From a virus: 64,000 nt of DNA. Position numbers and translations under genes: made by a program. Each line of letters begins with the position of its first letter. Positions within the stretch are counted from its first letter, which is position 1. Shown piece after piece: positions 23,918 through 35,399 of this stretch. The stretch lies in the IMG/VR virus record IMGVR_UViG_3300024272_000069; one strand, 5' to 3'. The notes beneath the pieces were generated by a model, which had not been told where the DNA came from, made no database searches, and was given only the letters and a program-made list of their open reading frames with translations.

Positions 23918-24253
23918 TCAGCTCTCCACCACGATATCCCAGTCCTCCAGCTGTGCGTAGATTGCACAGCACTCGGAAGCCCACACTTCCCGCGTCGTCG
24001 GCTCATAGCAGCCGAACTCGTCAGGGTCAGGAGCCCACACCTTGACCATGCCATAGCACCAGTCGACGTAAGCCTTGACAGCCTTCTCAGCTTCATCAGC
24101 TTTTACCATGTAGAAACGGCTGTTGCTGTCGTCCATCACAGTGCAGTCATCGCCAGCTTTGAGAACACGGACGGTGATTTCTTCAGACTCAAGGTCAAAG
24201 GAAGCCAGCTTGCCTTCGCGAGTATTGAAGGTGTACTTGTTGATATTCATCAT
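23918..24253 (-). CDS. hypothetical protein (111 aa)
   Basis: ORF track. Confidence 0.4.
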   Translation of the reverse strand: MMNINKYTFNTREGKLASFDLESEEITVRVLKAGDDCTVMDDSNSRFYMVKADEAEKAVKAYVDWCYGMVKVWAPDPDEFGCYEPTTREVWASECCAIYAQLEDWDIVVES

Positions 24254-24322
24254 AATAGAAACCTCTCTTTCATGTCGTAGCTTTTTGAAGGGGGAAGGGG
24301 GGAAGGGGCTTTCGCCCCTTCC

Positions 24323-25081
24323 TCAGCCGTTAATCTTGACCTTTACGAGCTTGCCGGTGTCGCGGAACGTCGGCCAGTCATAGGAGTGTTCGTCGTAGAT
24401 GTGGTAGAGCCAGCTGAGCTTCTTGCCAGAGTTGGCAACCGACTGGAAGTTGATGCAGGTTTCACCGTTGACCTTAAACCATGTCAGCATGTCGCCCTTG
24501 AACTCTTCCAGCCGATAAACCAGCTCATCCATCGGAAGGAAGATGCAGGGATTTTCGTCGAACTTTTCCCAGCCACGCATGGACGGGTCAAAGTACCAGA
24601 CCAGCCACTTGCCAGCGTCGCAAGCGTCTGCCAGCACTTGCCAGCATTCATCAATGCTGATGCCGTTGGCAACGCAACCGCCGCCGCTTTTCAGCTCAAC
24701 CACGATGCGAGACTTTTCCAGCATATCCGCCGCGTCGTCGTCGCACTGAATCGTAATATCAGGCTGACCAGCCGGACGGCAGGCGATATCAACGATATCG
24801 AGAGCCAGCCCACGAGCCGCCGCCTTTTTGCAACGGTTGAAAGAATCAGCCGCTTTTCCGAACGTGCCAGTTGAGCCTTTTTCAGCCTGTCGGCTCAATT
24901 CGCCGCTGACGTAATTTTCCCACGCCATGCGGATTGCGTCGCCGCTAATCTGACGCTGAGAAGTGTGCTTGATGATTCCATGCTCAAACAGATCAACCGC
25001 GATTTTCGCCGCTCTGTTTTCCTTCTCTGCCTTTGCTTTTTCGCGGAGCTTTTTGCTCATCTCAAAATTCGTGTATGCCAT
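24323..25081 (-). CDS. hypothetical protein, possible PD-(D/E)xK-type nuclease (D...ELK motif)
   Basis: DIVDIACR...IVVELKSGGG resembles a D-(x)n-ExK core; promoter TTGACA-17-TATAAT at ~25195-25235 (minus) with a ~110-nt leader. Confidence 0.4.
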   Translation of the reverse strand: MAYTNFEMSKKLREKAKAEKENRAAKIAVDLFEHGIIKHTSQRQISGDAIRMAWENYVSGELSRQAEKGSTGTFGKAADSFNRCKKAAARGLALDIVDIACRPAGQPDITIQCDDDAADMLEKSRIVVELKSGGGCVANGISIDECWQVLADACDAGKWLVWYFDPSMRGWEKFDENPCIFLPMDELVYRLEEFKGDMLTWFKVNGETCINFQSVANSGKKLSWLYHIYDEHSYDWPTFRDTGKLVKVKING

Positions 25082-25588
25082 GGTATAACCTTCTTTCTGT
25101 TAAATGTTTGTCAATGTGTTCATGAGTGACTATGATCCCGTCAGTGGTCTTGACTCCGGCGGTTGAGCATCGTCGGCAACTGTTGATCTCTATCAACTGT
25201 ATTCATTATAAGGGATACAAGGCTATTTGTCAACGGCTTTTTTGAATTTTTTTCAGATTTTTTCAAAGAAATTTTTGCAGGATATTTTGCAGGATTGCTT
25301 GCATTTTACTTTCACACTTTAGCGTGCTAAATCCTACTAAGGGGCAGGGGTTTCAGGCGTCTGTTAGCCCTCCCTAACGACCGACCCCGTGGTCTCCACA
25401 TTATCCGATAGAATTCAATTTTAAAAAATCAGCACCCATCTCACCAATCAAAAAATTTCACTACAACTGTAATTCAATCAAATTTCCCCGCACTCTATTT
25501 TCCCCAAATTTTACTTTTTTGTAAAAAAGTGATAAAATTTTAGTATAAGAAAAAACTAGACAGAAATAAACTGTCAAGGAGCAAAGAC

Positions 25589-26854
25589 GTGAAGAAACCC
25601 TACTCACTAAATTTTGAAATAAAGACGGCAGTGGATAGAAATTAGGCCGTAATAGATATTCTCGATTCACTCGAAACCGATCCTTCGTAGAAAGAAATAG
25701 AACAAATGACCGACTATATTCTTTTTGGTAAGGATGAAAAGTTTTTGTCGGCCGTCGACACCAAAGACATTTTATAGCCCGAACGCCGTTTCAATTCTTG
25801 GAAAACCAAAGCAGAAAAAACCGAATCTCTTGATGCCCTGCTGGAAGACCCAGTAACAGCCCCCGAGATAGAATCAAAAACCGCCGACCGCGGGCCACGT
25901 TACAAGGTAGTTAAGCCCGAGATTAAGCGTCCCACCTACGATGCTGATGGCAACATGATTGATCCCGGTGACTCCGATGTACCCGGCATGGTGGAGTTAT
26001 GGGAGATTATTGATGACCTCCAGAAACGCTATGATATGTATAGGGGTAAAATTCCTCCGGATGACAACATTAGGGCACATCCAATAAATAGTTATCAGTT
26101 GTATAAGATGGGCCACATGCTAATAGACATTAGACGTCACCAATACTATTTAAAAGACTATTGGAAACCCACAATCAAATTCTTCAACATCCAGCCACCC
26201 GGAAAACCCATACTAGATTTCAATGGCAACACCGGTCTATGGTTGTCGCCCGAAGAATGGTGCGAACGAAAACGCAACCCTAAAGAATTTGACCTTGAAC
26301 AGCCGCCACTACAAGATACACCTACAGATGAGCAAGGCCACATTTATTGGAAAATCAGTGATAACGAAATAGATTATGAAAATCCCGATCACATTTTAGC
26401 AATTTTAGATAACTATTGCTCATTATTAAAACATTCCTATGGCGACCTTCACAGTCCTACTCGCATCATGTGTTGGGACATAGAATGGTTAATTGAAAAC
26501 GCTGGTCTCACCGATTTAGAACATTTCCTTCTTACCCAACGTGTAGCACATAGAAACATATTTAGAATACAAAAAGCCCTATTGGAAGACGACATCGTAA
26601 TGAGCGACGTTCAAATCCGTACCTATACAAGAAATAAAATCCCAAAGAAGCTCGCCCAAACCGCCACCCGCCTACGCCTAGAGTGTCAGATGCGTAATGG
26701 TGAAATAGAAACACTCAAGTGTTCCAAGTGCGGCAAGTCCTATCCAAAAGATCCTTTCTACTTTGCACGTTCTCGCGACAAGCGTACCGGCTACTGTAGT
26801 CAATGTAAGGCTTGTCAGAAAGCAAAACGTGATGCGGCTAAGGAGGCGAAGTAA
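25589..26854 (+). CDS. first late gene: protein with a C-terminal Cys4 zinc ribbon; 3 in-frame TAG codons
   Basis: GTG start with SD AAGGAG 8 nt upstream; in-frame TAGs at ~25643, 25688, 25775 (the track begins at 25955); frame open (except TAG) back to 25331. Confidence 0.5.
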
Positions 26855-26856
26855 TT

Positions 26857-27789
26857 ATGCCTGTATGCGGCAAATGTAAGATAGATAAACCTATTACAGA
26901 ATTTGTACCTACCAAATCACCATTTCATCCCAAGGATCGCTCCTTGATGTGTTTAACTTGTTTGGAGAAATTGGTTGATCCCAAAGACTTAAATTAGGTC
27001 GACAAAATGTGCCAGTGGCTAGACATTCCTTTCTTTGTCAATGAATGGACCCGGATATGGAACGCGGCGAAAGAACGCACATTACACGTATATGTAAAGC
27101 TACTATCAGACAACCCTTCCTACACGTCCCTTGATTGGTCAACCGTAAATGAAAAATGGCAAGATGCAGAAACATGCGGCACCCTAATTGATAATGTGCC
27201 TGTTGTTGCCGAAGGCTGGCGACGCGAAATGATGCGTAAATGGCCATCCGACCAAGAACGTGATGATGAAGACTATCATTATTTAGAAAATTTCTATAAC
27301 GATCTTTGCACCACCCAAAATCTTGTAAGTGCTACCCAACGTGACGATGCCAAACGCTTGTGCGAAGTTGGACTGTTAGCTACCAAAAAAATTCGTGCCG
27401 GTCTTGATGCCAAGAATGAAATGGCAATTTACCACAACATCGTTAAGACCGAAGGTTTTGAACCGAAAAACGCCAAAAATATTGGAGACTTCGACAGCGT
27501 AGGAGAACTCTACACTTGGCTTGAAAAACGTGGCTGGAAACCAAAGTGGCACACCGAGCCGCAAGATAGCGTGGACTTTACTATAAAGAATATACAAAAA
27601 TATCTACAACGTCTTGTTACGGGCGAGGGTGCCCTAGCAGACCAAGTAGAAAATCGCCGTAAGCAACTTGAACTTGCTAACCGTCTTGAGGAAGACTACG
27701 ATACTCCACTTGAAGATGAGGACGTCGAAATCGAGTATGAAGGTGCGGCCGAGCTGGAGGATGAGTTAGATGACGGAGCTCTTAACTAA
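26857..27789 (+). CDS. DNA-packaging-associated protein (possible terminase small subunit): N-terminal zinc ribbon, acidic C-terminal tail, 1 in-frame TAG
   Basis: ATG immediately after the upstream TAA; CGKC...CLTC; TAG at 26995-26997 joins it in frame to track ORF 27007-27789. Confidence 0.45.
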
Positions 27790-29554
27790 CACTACCTCCC
27801 GCCCCATTTAGGGGGAATTAAGAGATGGAGTCCCTATTGAAAAAGGTGTAGTAGTTACTGAAGATTTCCTAGAGAGAAACGAAAATCTTTTTTAGCAATA
27901 TAGTGCCTACTTTATGTTGTATCCAGATTTATTTTTGGATCTGATCGCAACCAAAGATTGTCCAATTAAATTCTACTACTACCAGCGAATTATGTTGCGT
28001 GCGATGATGCGTTTCCGTTATTTTTACGGAACCTTTACTCGTGCGACATCTAAATCGTTCTTAGCAATTATTTCACAGTATCTTGCTTGTATGTTCCTGC
28101 CGCGTTCTAAGCGATTTGTAGTATCTCAATTCAAGAAAGCTTCTCTAAGTATTACGAAGCAGAAGCTCGAAGAAATTTGGACATACTGGCCACTACTGAA
28201 AACAGAAATTCTTACTCAACATATGTCAACAGACTATATTGAGCTTATCTTTAAAAATAGTTCTACCCTACAAATTCTTTCTCTCAGTGCCTCCAGCCGT
28301 GGACAACGTGCTTCTGGCGGTCTGATAGAAGAGGCTGCTCTTATTGATGGTGACCTGTTGGCAGAAGTTATCATTCCTATGATGAACATTCCTCGTCAAC
28401 ATTCTTCTGGCGGTTCGAATCCAGAAGAACCGCACTCTCAGCAGGTGTATATTACATCGGCTGGCAGTAAGAATACTTTCGCCTATGAACGTTTGATAGA
28501 ACTTACAACATTGGCTGTACTTGAACCACAAGATTACTTCATATGCGGTGCAAGTTATGAACTACCGTTGAAATATGGATTATTCGATAAAAAAACAATT
28601 CAAGACCAAAAGCTTAGCTCTACTTTCTCTAGTGATGGTTTCGCTCGTGAGTCTATGAGTATTTGGACAGGTGGTTCAAGTGATTCTTGGTTTAATACAA
28701 ATAAGCTAAATAAGTCTCGTTCTCTAATGCATTGTGAGAGAGATTACAATCTCACTCAGAAGCAAGTAGATGCGGGCTGGTTCTATCTAATGTCTGTCGA
28801 CGTTGCTCGCTATGGTGAGAATGATACTTCTGTATTCGTCTTTAAGGTGCGGCCTAGGGATAACGGCTGGAAAAAGGACGTTGTATATACAGAGAACCTT
28901 ACTAAGATGAATCTTCTCACACAAGCCGCGAGATTAAAAGAACTTAATCGTATTTATCGTCCAAAAGAAATCGTTATCGACGGTAACGGCGTTGGTGCCG
29001 GTTTAATTGACGCGATGGTTGTTCCTTCTTTCGGTAAGAATGGTGAAACCTATGAACCAATATACGTAACTAACGATCCTGATAATTATCCTATTCCACG
29101 CGGTATGGATAGGCTTGCTTCTATTTATAACATTAAAGCCAATGCAACTCTTAACGGTGAAATTTATTCTAATCTCTATGTTCAAATAAACAGTGGTAAT
29201 GTTGGACTATTAGCTGCTGAGCGTATCGTCAAAGAAAAACTACTTGCAACTAAAAAAGGACAACGAATGAATTATTTAGCAAGAGAAAAATTTCTCTTAC
29301 CTTATATCATGACTTCGCGACTTATAGATGAGATGAATAATCTAAAATTAAAAGTTGGTGGAGCTGCCGGAACTGTTGCCGTCGAACAAATTTCTCGACG
29401 TATTAACAAAGACCGTGTATCCGCCCTCTCTTATGGATTATATCGTATCAAATACTATGAAGATAAAGAAGTGCGGAGAAAGCGTACCGGAATAACGGAT
29501 GCCTCAAAGTTAGCTTTCTTTTCTTCTTCTAAAAAATCTAAACGGAGGCATTGA
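27770..29554 (+). CDS. terL: terminase large subunit (TerL), with 2 in-frame TAG codons in the N-terminal extension
   Basis: ATPase motifs (GTFTRATSKS, LIEEAALIDGD) and C-terminal nuclease-like VDVARYGENDTSVFVF; the track start 27914 lacks an SD whereas ATG 27770 has GGAGG 9 nt upstream and is in frame through TAGs at 27809 and 27893. Confidence 0.75.
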
Positions 29555-29559
29555 TAAGC

Positions 29560-31053
29560 ATGGCTGAAGAGACCAACAAAAAAGTTCGTCAACTAACGGA
29601 TTTCGAAAGTTTCGCCAAGAAAGTCGCTTTGAAAGTGCCACAACAATCTACGAGCTATCGTAACAGATTCGGTAGAAGCTATACCTCCATTTCGTCTGAC
29701 GGATTCTCCAAAGAGGAGATCCGCCAGATTTTAGAATCTGGAGATCCTAATAGCATACGTGAATTATCGAAATATTTTAGTAGATTTTGCGGTACCTATT
29801 CTCGACCTTTGCAATACTATGCAACGTTACTTAATTACGGTTATGTAATTGTTCCGCATTATGACATTGATTCAAAACCTAAGAAAATAAAGGCTGCGTA
29901 CAAGAAAATCTCTTAGTATATTAAGAACTTTAATTTTGATTATATTCTTCCTAAGATCAATTATATTGTTCTTACTGAAGGTATATACTATGCTTTGTTA
30001 ATTGAAGATTCTGAAGAACGTCCAGTTTTCTATCGTTTACCGGCAAAGTATTGCCGCACTCGTTTCGCCGATAGTTACGGATTACCAATTCTTGAACTTC
30101 ATACTTCTTATTTTGAGTACATCACTGACTCTGATGTTGAACGAAAAGAAATTTTAAAGCTATTTCCTAAATATGTTCAACAATCCTATAACAGTCGTAA
30201 AGAAAAATTAAAGTGGGTAGAAATTCCTCCCTCCGAGGGCGGTTTCTGTTTCTACTTTACAGAGGATCAAACTCCTCCCTTTGTTTCTTCCACTTTAGCC
30301 GCGGCTGAGTTAGAAAATGCTCGTGATCGCGAAACGGAACGAGATAACAATGAGTTGGAGAAGATTTTAATTCATAAGCTTCCAATTAATAAGGAAGATG
30401 GTGAATTACTTTTTACACTTCCCGAAGCAGAAGTTTTACACCAAAGTATTTGTAATATGCTAGAAGATAACGAGACTATTAATGTATTAACTACTTATGG
30501 TGAAGTTAGCTTAGAGGGTGTACAGGATACCGAAGCTTCTTCTACTGCTTCTTCTACTCGTTTAGAGAAATACCTTAATAGTGTTTATGATGAGTTGGGT
30601 ACTTCTTCCGCAATCTTTAATGCAGATAGTGCTACCACCGCTCTAACTTTCTCTATTAAGAAAGATATTTCTTTAATGTATGCTTGGAGTAAGCAATACG
30701 AATTAGCTGTTAATTCTATTCTTCGTCGCAAGGCAAAGAATGATCAACTTTATTTCTCTATAAAGTTCCTTGCTACATCTTCTATTTTCCGTAAAGAAGA
30801 TGCGGACATGTATCTAAAGATGGCACAGTATGGTTATCCACGTTCTACTGTATCTGCGACAATTGGTCTTGATATGGTTGATTTGGCTCAAGTTACCGAC
30901 TTTGAAAATAATGTACTACATCTTGAAAAATCTATGATTCCTCTACAATCTTCTTATACAACTCCTGGTGGAGAAAATTCTACAGGTTCGGGAAAAATTT
31001 CTGAAAAGAAAACAACTGGTCAAGACCTTACAAATGAAGGCGGAAGGCCATAG
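29560..31053 (+). CDS. portal protein (~497 aa), 1 in-frame TAG
   Basis: Track ORFs 29551-29916 and 29995-31053 share a frame and are separated only by TAG 29914-29916; combined size and position after TerL fit a portal. Confidence 0.6.
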
Positions 31054-31121
31054 AAAAGTGTAGAAGAACGTGCGGACCGAACCAATGCAAATATTGACGG
31101 TTCAACGTAAGGAGTGAAATA

Positions 31122-32543
31122 ATGTCACGAGAGATACCAACTCGTTTTGATGCATCCTTCGTAGAAGGTAGCTTTCATTCCACTGAAGACCCAGAAATAC
31201 AGCTCGGTAGGGTAAGAGCGTTCTATAAGTATTCTAATCGCAATGGCAGTTATATTACCGACGAATATGCGGAAAAGCTTGCTTTATCCGCTTATATGAA
31301 GCCGGTATTTGGCTGTTATAGTCATGAGCACAAAGACTTTTTAGGGCATGAGGGGCCTGAGAATGTCAAGGGTTACGGTTTCGTAATTCCAGGCTCACTT
31401 AAATGGGAAGACCATTTAGATGATGACGGCGTAGTTCGCACTTATGCTACATATGATGTATTGGTTTGGGCAGAATATTGGGAAGAAGCTAAGTATATTT
31501 TCCAAAAAGCTCAAAGCATGGAAATTGACAAAAATACTGTTCAGGGTGAATGGCGCTTTATGAACAATGGCCCCATGGAAGAATTTGTTTATACAAAGGG
31601 TGTTATGGCTGGCTTTTGTGTTTTAGGAGACATGAAGACTCCTTGTTTTGAAGGTGCGGCATTCTTCTCTATGGACGACGAAAGCTATGTGAAATTCACA
31701 AAGGCTCTCGAAAAATACTATTCCAATAATGGAGGTAAGAACGCTATGAACGTAAAGGTAGCGGGACTTGAGCATGAGAAGTTCAATGCAATTTTTGCCG
31801 CTCTAAATCCCAACTTTAATGAAGAAGGCGCTTACTCACTCAATTTTATTCCTTGTGAAATCGCTGACGAGTACTTCTATGCTCTCGCTTGCGACAAGGC
31901 TGGCAAGGTAAATAAGTATTCTTACTCTTTCAATGAGGAGAATGAGCTAACTGTCGAATTAGTTGAGGAAACTGACTATCAAGCGGCAGTTGCTGATTTT
32001 GAGATTGTTAAGGGTCAGCTCGCAACCGTACAGGCCGAGTTCGAAACTTTCAAGACTGAAAATGCTACTGCGCTAAGTGAAGCAGAGGGCCGTTATAATG
32101 AGCTAAATACTCAGTATGAAGCTCTCATGGGTGAGAAGTCTACTCTCGCAACTGAGTTCGAAAATCTTCAGGCTCAGTTTAATGAACTACAGGCTCAGTT
32201 TAATGAGCAACAAATTAGCTTTAATAATCAGGCTGCCGTAATTGCTGAGAAGGATGCTACTATTGCTACTCAGTCTGCGACTATTACTGATTATGAAAAT
32301 AAAGAAAAGGATGCCCTAATTAATAAGTTCTCTACTTGCATGCCTACTGATATTATTCAGGAGATTGTTGAGAAGAAGGACACCCTAACTATTAATGAAT
32401 TAAATACTGCTCTTTCTATTGAGTATACTAATTTCTCAATGGCAAAGGAACAGAAGCAGGAGCTACGTATTCCAAACAATAATCCTCCTTCCGATCCTTC
32501 TAAAGAGAAGCTATTTAATATTTTAAATGCCTACAAGAAGTAA
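31122..32543 (+). CDS. head morphogenesis protein with a long C-terminal coiled-coil (scaffold, possibly fused to a prohead protease-like N-domain)
   Basis: SD AAGGAG; heptad-rich QAEFETFKTENATALSEAEGRYNELNTQYEALMGEKSTLATEFENLQAQFNELQAQFNEQ. Confidence 0.4.
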   Translation: MSREIPTRFDASFVEGSFHSTEDPEIQLGRVRAFYKYSNRNGSYITDEYAEKLALSAYMKPVFGCYSHEHKDFLGHEGPENVKGYGFVIPGSLKWEDHLDDDGVVRTYATYDVLVWAEYWEEAKYIFQKAQSMEIDKNTVQGEWRFMNNGPMEEFVYTKGVMAGFCVLGDMKTPCFEGAAFFSMDDESYVKFTKALEKYYSNNGGKNAMNVKVAGLEHEKFNAIFAALNPNFNEEGAYSLNFIPCEIADEYFYALACDKAGKVNKYSYSFNEENELTVELVEETDYQAAVADFEIVKGQLATVQAEFETFKTENATALSEAEGRYNELNTQYEALMGEKSTLATEFENLQAQFNELQAQFNEQQISFNNQAAVIAEKDATIATQSATITDYENKEKDALINKFSTCMPTDIIQEIVEKKDTLTINELNTALSIEYTNFSMAKEQKQELRIPNNNPPSDPSKEKLFNILNAYKK

Positions 32544-32562
32544 ATTACGGAGGTAATTGTTT

Positions 32563-33108
32563 ATGGCTCGTTTTATGATTGACAAGTACGGCGTTCTCGA
32601 AATGAACCGTGCTGAATATTTAAAGACAGGCATGATCGTCTCCCAGACTCCACTAAGTGAGGAATTCACTGAGGCCGCTCCTTGCGAGAACGGTATGTGG
32701 GTAGATGCCAATAAGGCTAATGACGCGATCAAGCTAATTTCTGACGAAACCGAAATCTACGGTATCGTTTATACTACTGAGAAGGATTACACTGGTCTAC
32801 GTCCAGCCCTAAAGTGGTTCCATCAGGTTGCTGGCGACTATCCACGTGTAGGTATTCTAAATAAGGGCGACACCTTTACTACCAACACCTTCCATTATGA
32901 TTTCGCAAGTGAAACTGTTGCTGAACAGTGGGCAGAGCTAAAGAAAGCTTTCAAAGCTGGTGCCCTATATGTTGTTCCAACCGTTGACGATGGTGCTCCA
33001 ACTGTAACTGCTGAGAAGCCAGCTGAGGGTCCATATGCTGAAGTCGTTAAGCTCTATACTGTTCCTGCTGGAACCCCTGGTATTAAGTACGTAATGGTAC
33101 GCGTCTAA
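32563..33108 (+). CDS. head-associated protein (181 aa; decoration or minor capsid candidate)
   Basis: SD ACGGAGG; lies between the scaffold and capsid genes. Confidence 0.35.
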   Translation: MARFMIDKYGVLEMNRAEYLKTGMIVSQTPLSEEFTEAAPCENGMWVDANKANDAIKLISDETEIYGIVYTTEKDYTGLRPALKWFHQVAGDYPRVGILNKGDTFTTNTFHYDFASETVAEQWAELKKAFKAGALYVVPTVDDGAPTVTAEKPAEGPYAEVVKLYTVPAGTPGIKYVMVRV

Positions 33109-33124
33109 TTTGGAGGTAAATATT

Positions 33125-34156
33125 ATGGATATGACATTACAACAGCTACATGACTGTGCGATGGGTCGTAATATTCCAGCCGAGTTCGCTAACCAGAACG
33201 TTGATTACGAATCCGCCCTTCGCGATGAAATTAAGAAACTCGTAGGTACCTATTCCCTCTATCGCAAGAATAAGTACGAGTTATTTGATCTACTCCAGCA
33301 GAATGCTGAAGAGATTCTCCCACGCAAGGTTCTTGACCTAATTGGTTCTTTTGCTGAGGTTGCTCAGTATGGTAATAATGATCGTCTAAGCTTCAAGGTA
33401 AAGCGTGGCGCACAGCGCGGCAAGCAGTTCGTTACCCGTGCTACTGAGTCCGGTGTCTACGAGACCTTCCGTCTCGATTACGACTACATGGAACTCACCA
33501 GCCACACCATCGGAGGCGCTGGTATCATTGATTTCGAGCGCTACCTCGATGGTCTTGAGGACATCGCTGAGATCTATGATATTATCCTTGATGGTATGAT
33601 GACCGCTATCTTCCGTGACATTCAGGGCTGTCTAGCTGCTTCTTGGAATGATACTGGCCGTCCAGCCAAGAATAAGGCTTCTGCTAATACTTTCGACTGG
33701 CAGAAGATGAGTCAGCTCGTTCAGGTTGTAAGTGCATATGGCGCTCCAGTTATCTACTGCTCCGCTCTATTCGCTGCTACCATGCTAAATGTTGTTGCTA
33801 CTCCAGATGGTTGCAAGGTTTCTGATAAGGAAATCGACGAGATTCGTGAGTATGGCTACATTGGTAAGTTTGCTGGTGCTCCAGTTGTCGTTATGCCAAA
33901 TTCCTTCGAGGATGAGACTAACGAGAAGCTAGTATTCGACCCACGTTTTGCTTATGTAATTCCAGCTGGCAAGGAGAAGATCGTTAAGGTTGCTCTAGTT
34001 GGCCAGACCATCATCGACGAGTGGAAGAACACCGATCGTTCCCTCGAGATTCAGGGTTACAAGAAGCTCGGCGTCGGCATTGTTGCCGCACCACACTATT
34101 GGGGAATCTATTACAACTCCGGCATTGATGCTTGGGGTCATCCAGAAATCGCCTAA
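33125..34156 (+). CDS. major capsid protein candidate (344 aa)
   Basis: Size, position after the scaffold, strong SD GGAGG 8 nt before ATG 33125, high-expression codon usage. Confidence 0.5.
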   Translation: MDMTLQQLHDCAMGRNIPAEFANQNVDYESALRDEIKKLVGTYSLYRKNKYELFDLLQQNAEEILPRKVLDLIGSFAEVAQYGNNDRLSFKVKRGAQRGKQFVTRATESGVYETFRLDYDYMELTSHTIGGAGIIDFERYLDGLEDIAEIYDIILDGMMTAIFRDIQGCLAASWNDTGRPAKNKASANTFDWQKMSQLVQVVSAYGAPVIYCSALFAATMLNVVATPDGCKVSDKEIDEIREYGYIGKFAGAPVVVMPNSFEDETNEKLVFDPRFAYVIPAGKEKIVKVALVGQTIIDEWKNTDRSLEIQGYKKLGVGIVAAPHYWGIYYNSGIDAWGHPEIA

Positions 34157-34223
34157 TTTACTATTAATATAAATTTCGGGGAGGGCCTCCGCCCTCCCCT
34201 CGGAGTTAAAAGGAGTAATTATT

Positions 34224-34673
34224 ATGAGTAAGATGAAAATTAAAAACGTCAGCAACTTTGCTATTAGTATCATTCTTAATAACGTTCGTTATCGCCGAGA
34301 TCTAAATCCTGGTCAGGAGACTTCTCTTCCAGAAGATGTAGTTGAGGAATTTAATTTTGATCCCGGCTGCCGCTCTTATGTAAAGTCCGGTTATATCAAG
34401 GTTATTACTGAAGACCAGGAAATTAAGGATGTCTTTGGAGACACTCCAAAGGATGTAGATATTGATATTGCGGACCTTCTAACTAATAAGTCTGTAAATG
34501 AACTTGCAATTGCTCTAAAGAATGGCTCTCCTGCTTTTAAGGAAAAAGTTGTTTCTGAAGCAATTCGTCTATCTATTACTGATGCTGCTCGTTGTTCTTT
34601 AATCAAGCACAATTGCAATGTAGATGTACTAAATGCTATTACTCTACAGCGCTCTGTTGAAACCAACCGATAA
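34224..34673 (+). CDS. head-tail connector/completion protein candidate (149 aa)
   Basis: ORF track; SD AAAGGAG. Confidence 0.3.
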   Translation: MSKMKIKNVSNFAISIILNNVRYRRDLNPGQETSLPEDVVEEFNFDPGCRSYVKSGYIKVITEDQEIKDVFGDTPKDVDIDIADLLTNKSVNELAIALKNGSPAFKEKVVSEAIRLSITDAARCSLIKHNCNVDVLNAITLQRSVETNR

Positions 34674-34687
34674 GGAGGTGCGGCCTC

Positions 34688-35131
34688 ATGGCTACTCCTT
34701 TACAAAAAGTTTACGATGCCTTTCTGGCTAAACTTGAAGAAGACGAGTGGATGCTAGCAGAGGACGTGAACGTCGTAGAAGATGATTGGAGATAGATTTT
34801 GGACGCGGCAATTTTCCGCGTTCGCTATCCACATGTGTCGTTAGACTACGATGCTGAAACTGGCATTTTTATCGACACTCTTGGTAATGATGAAATTCAA
34901 TTACTTGCAAATCTTATGAAGTCTGAATGGATTAATCGTACTATTGCAGTATGGGATAATTTAAGACAATTATATAGTGATAAAGATTTCTCTCAAGCTA
35001 ATTTCCTTGACAAGCTTAATAAAACAGGAGCGCAGGTTGATGATACTTGTCGCCTAATGTTAGATAGGTACGGCCGTGCTGTACGTTATAAACCTAACAA
35101 AATCTTCGGCAAGTTAGCCGGAAAGGGTTAA
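34688..35131 (+). CDS. head-tail joining protein candidate (147 aa), 1 in-frame TAG
   Basis: SD AAGGAGG; TAG at 34793-34795 precedes track ORF 34799 in the same frame. Confidence 0.4.
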
Positions 35132-35138
35132 GTTTGGT

Positions 35139-35399
35139 ATGGAAGGCTATTATAATAAATTAAAGGGCCGCCTTTATGGGCTGCTCTGTGAAAAGGAAAA
35201 AGAAGGAGCTTGGGAAAAATTTTTGGATACAATTATAATTGAGCTTATGGGATTTCAATCTCACAATAAGACAATTAATTATTGGACTTTAATTGGTAAA
35301 TTAGGTTCATTACGTTATCTGAGTTATGAATATTTTCGTAAAACAGTTTTTGAATGTATGAACTTAGTTACTGAATTAAGTAAAAATGAGTTACTTTGA
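35139..35399 (+). CDS. hypothetical head-tail protein (86 aa)
   Basis: ORF track. Confidence 0.35.
   Translation: MEGYYNKLKGRLYGLLCEKEKEGAWEKFLDTIIIELMGFQSHNKTINYWTLIGKLGSLRYLSYEYFRKTVFECMNLVTELSKNELL

Noticed and set aside
25100-25955. An 850-bp non-coding divergent regulatory region between the early and late modules
   Set aside because: Frame-2 translation with TAG read through is open back to 25331, and an SD-supported GTG at 25589 starts the first late gene. Only ~25235-25560 is likely non-coding.
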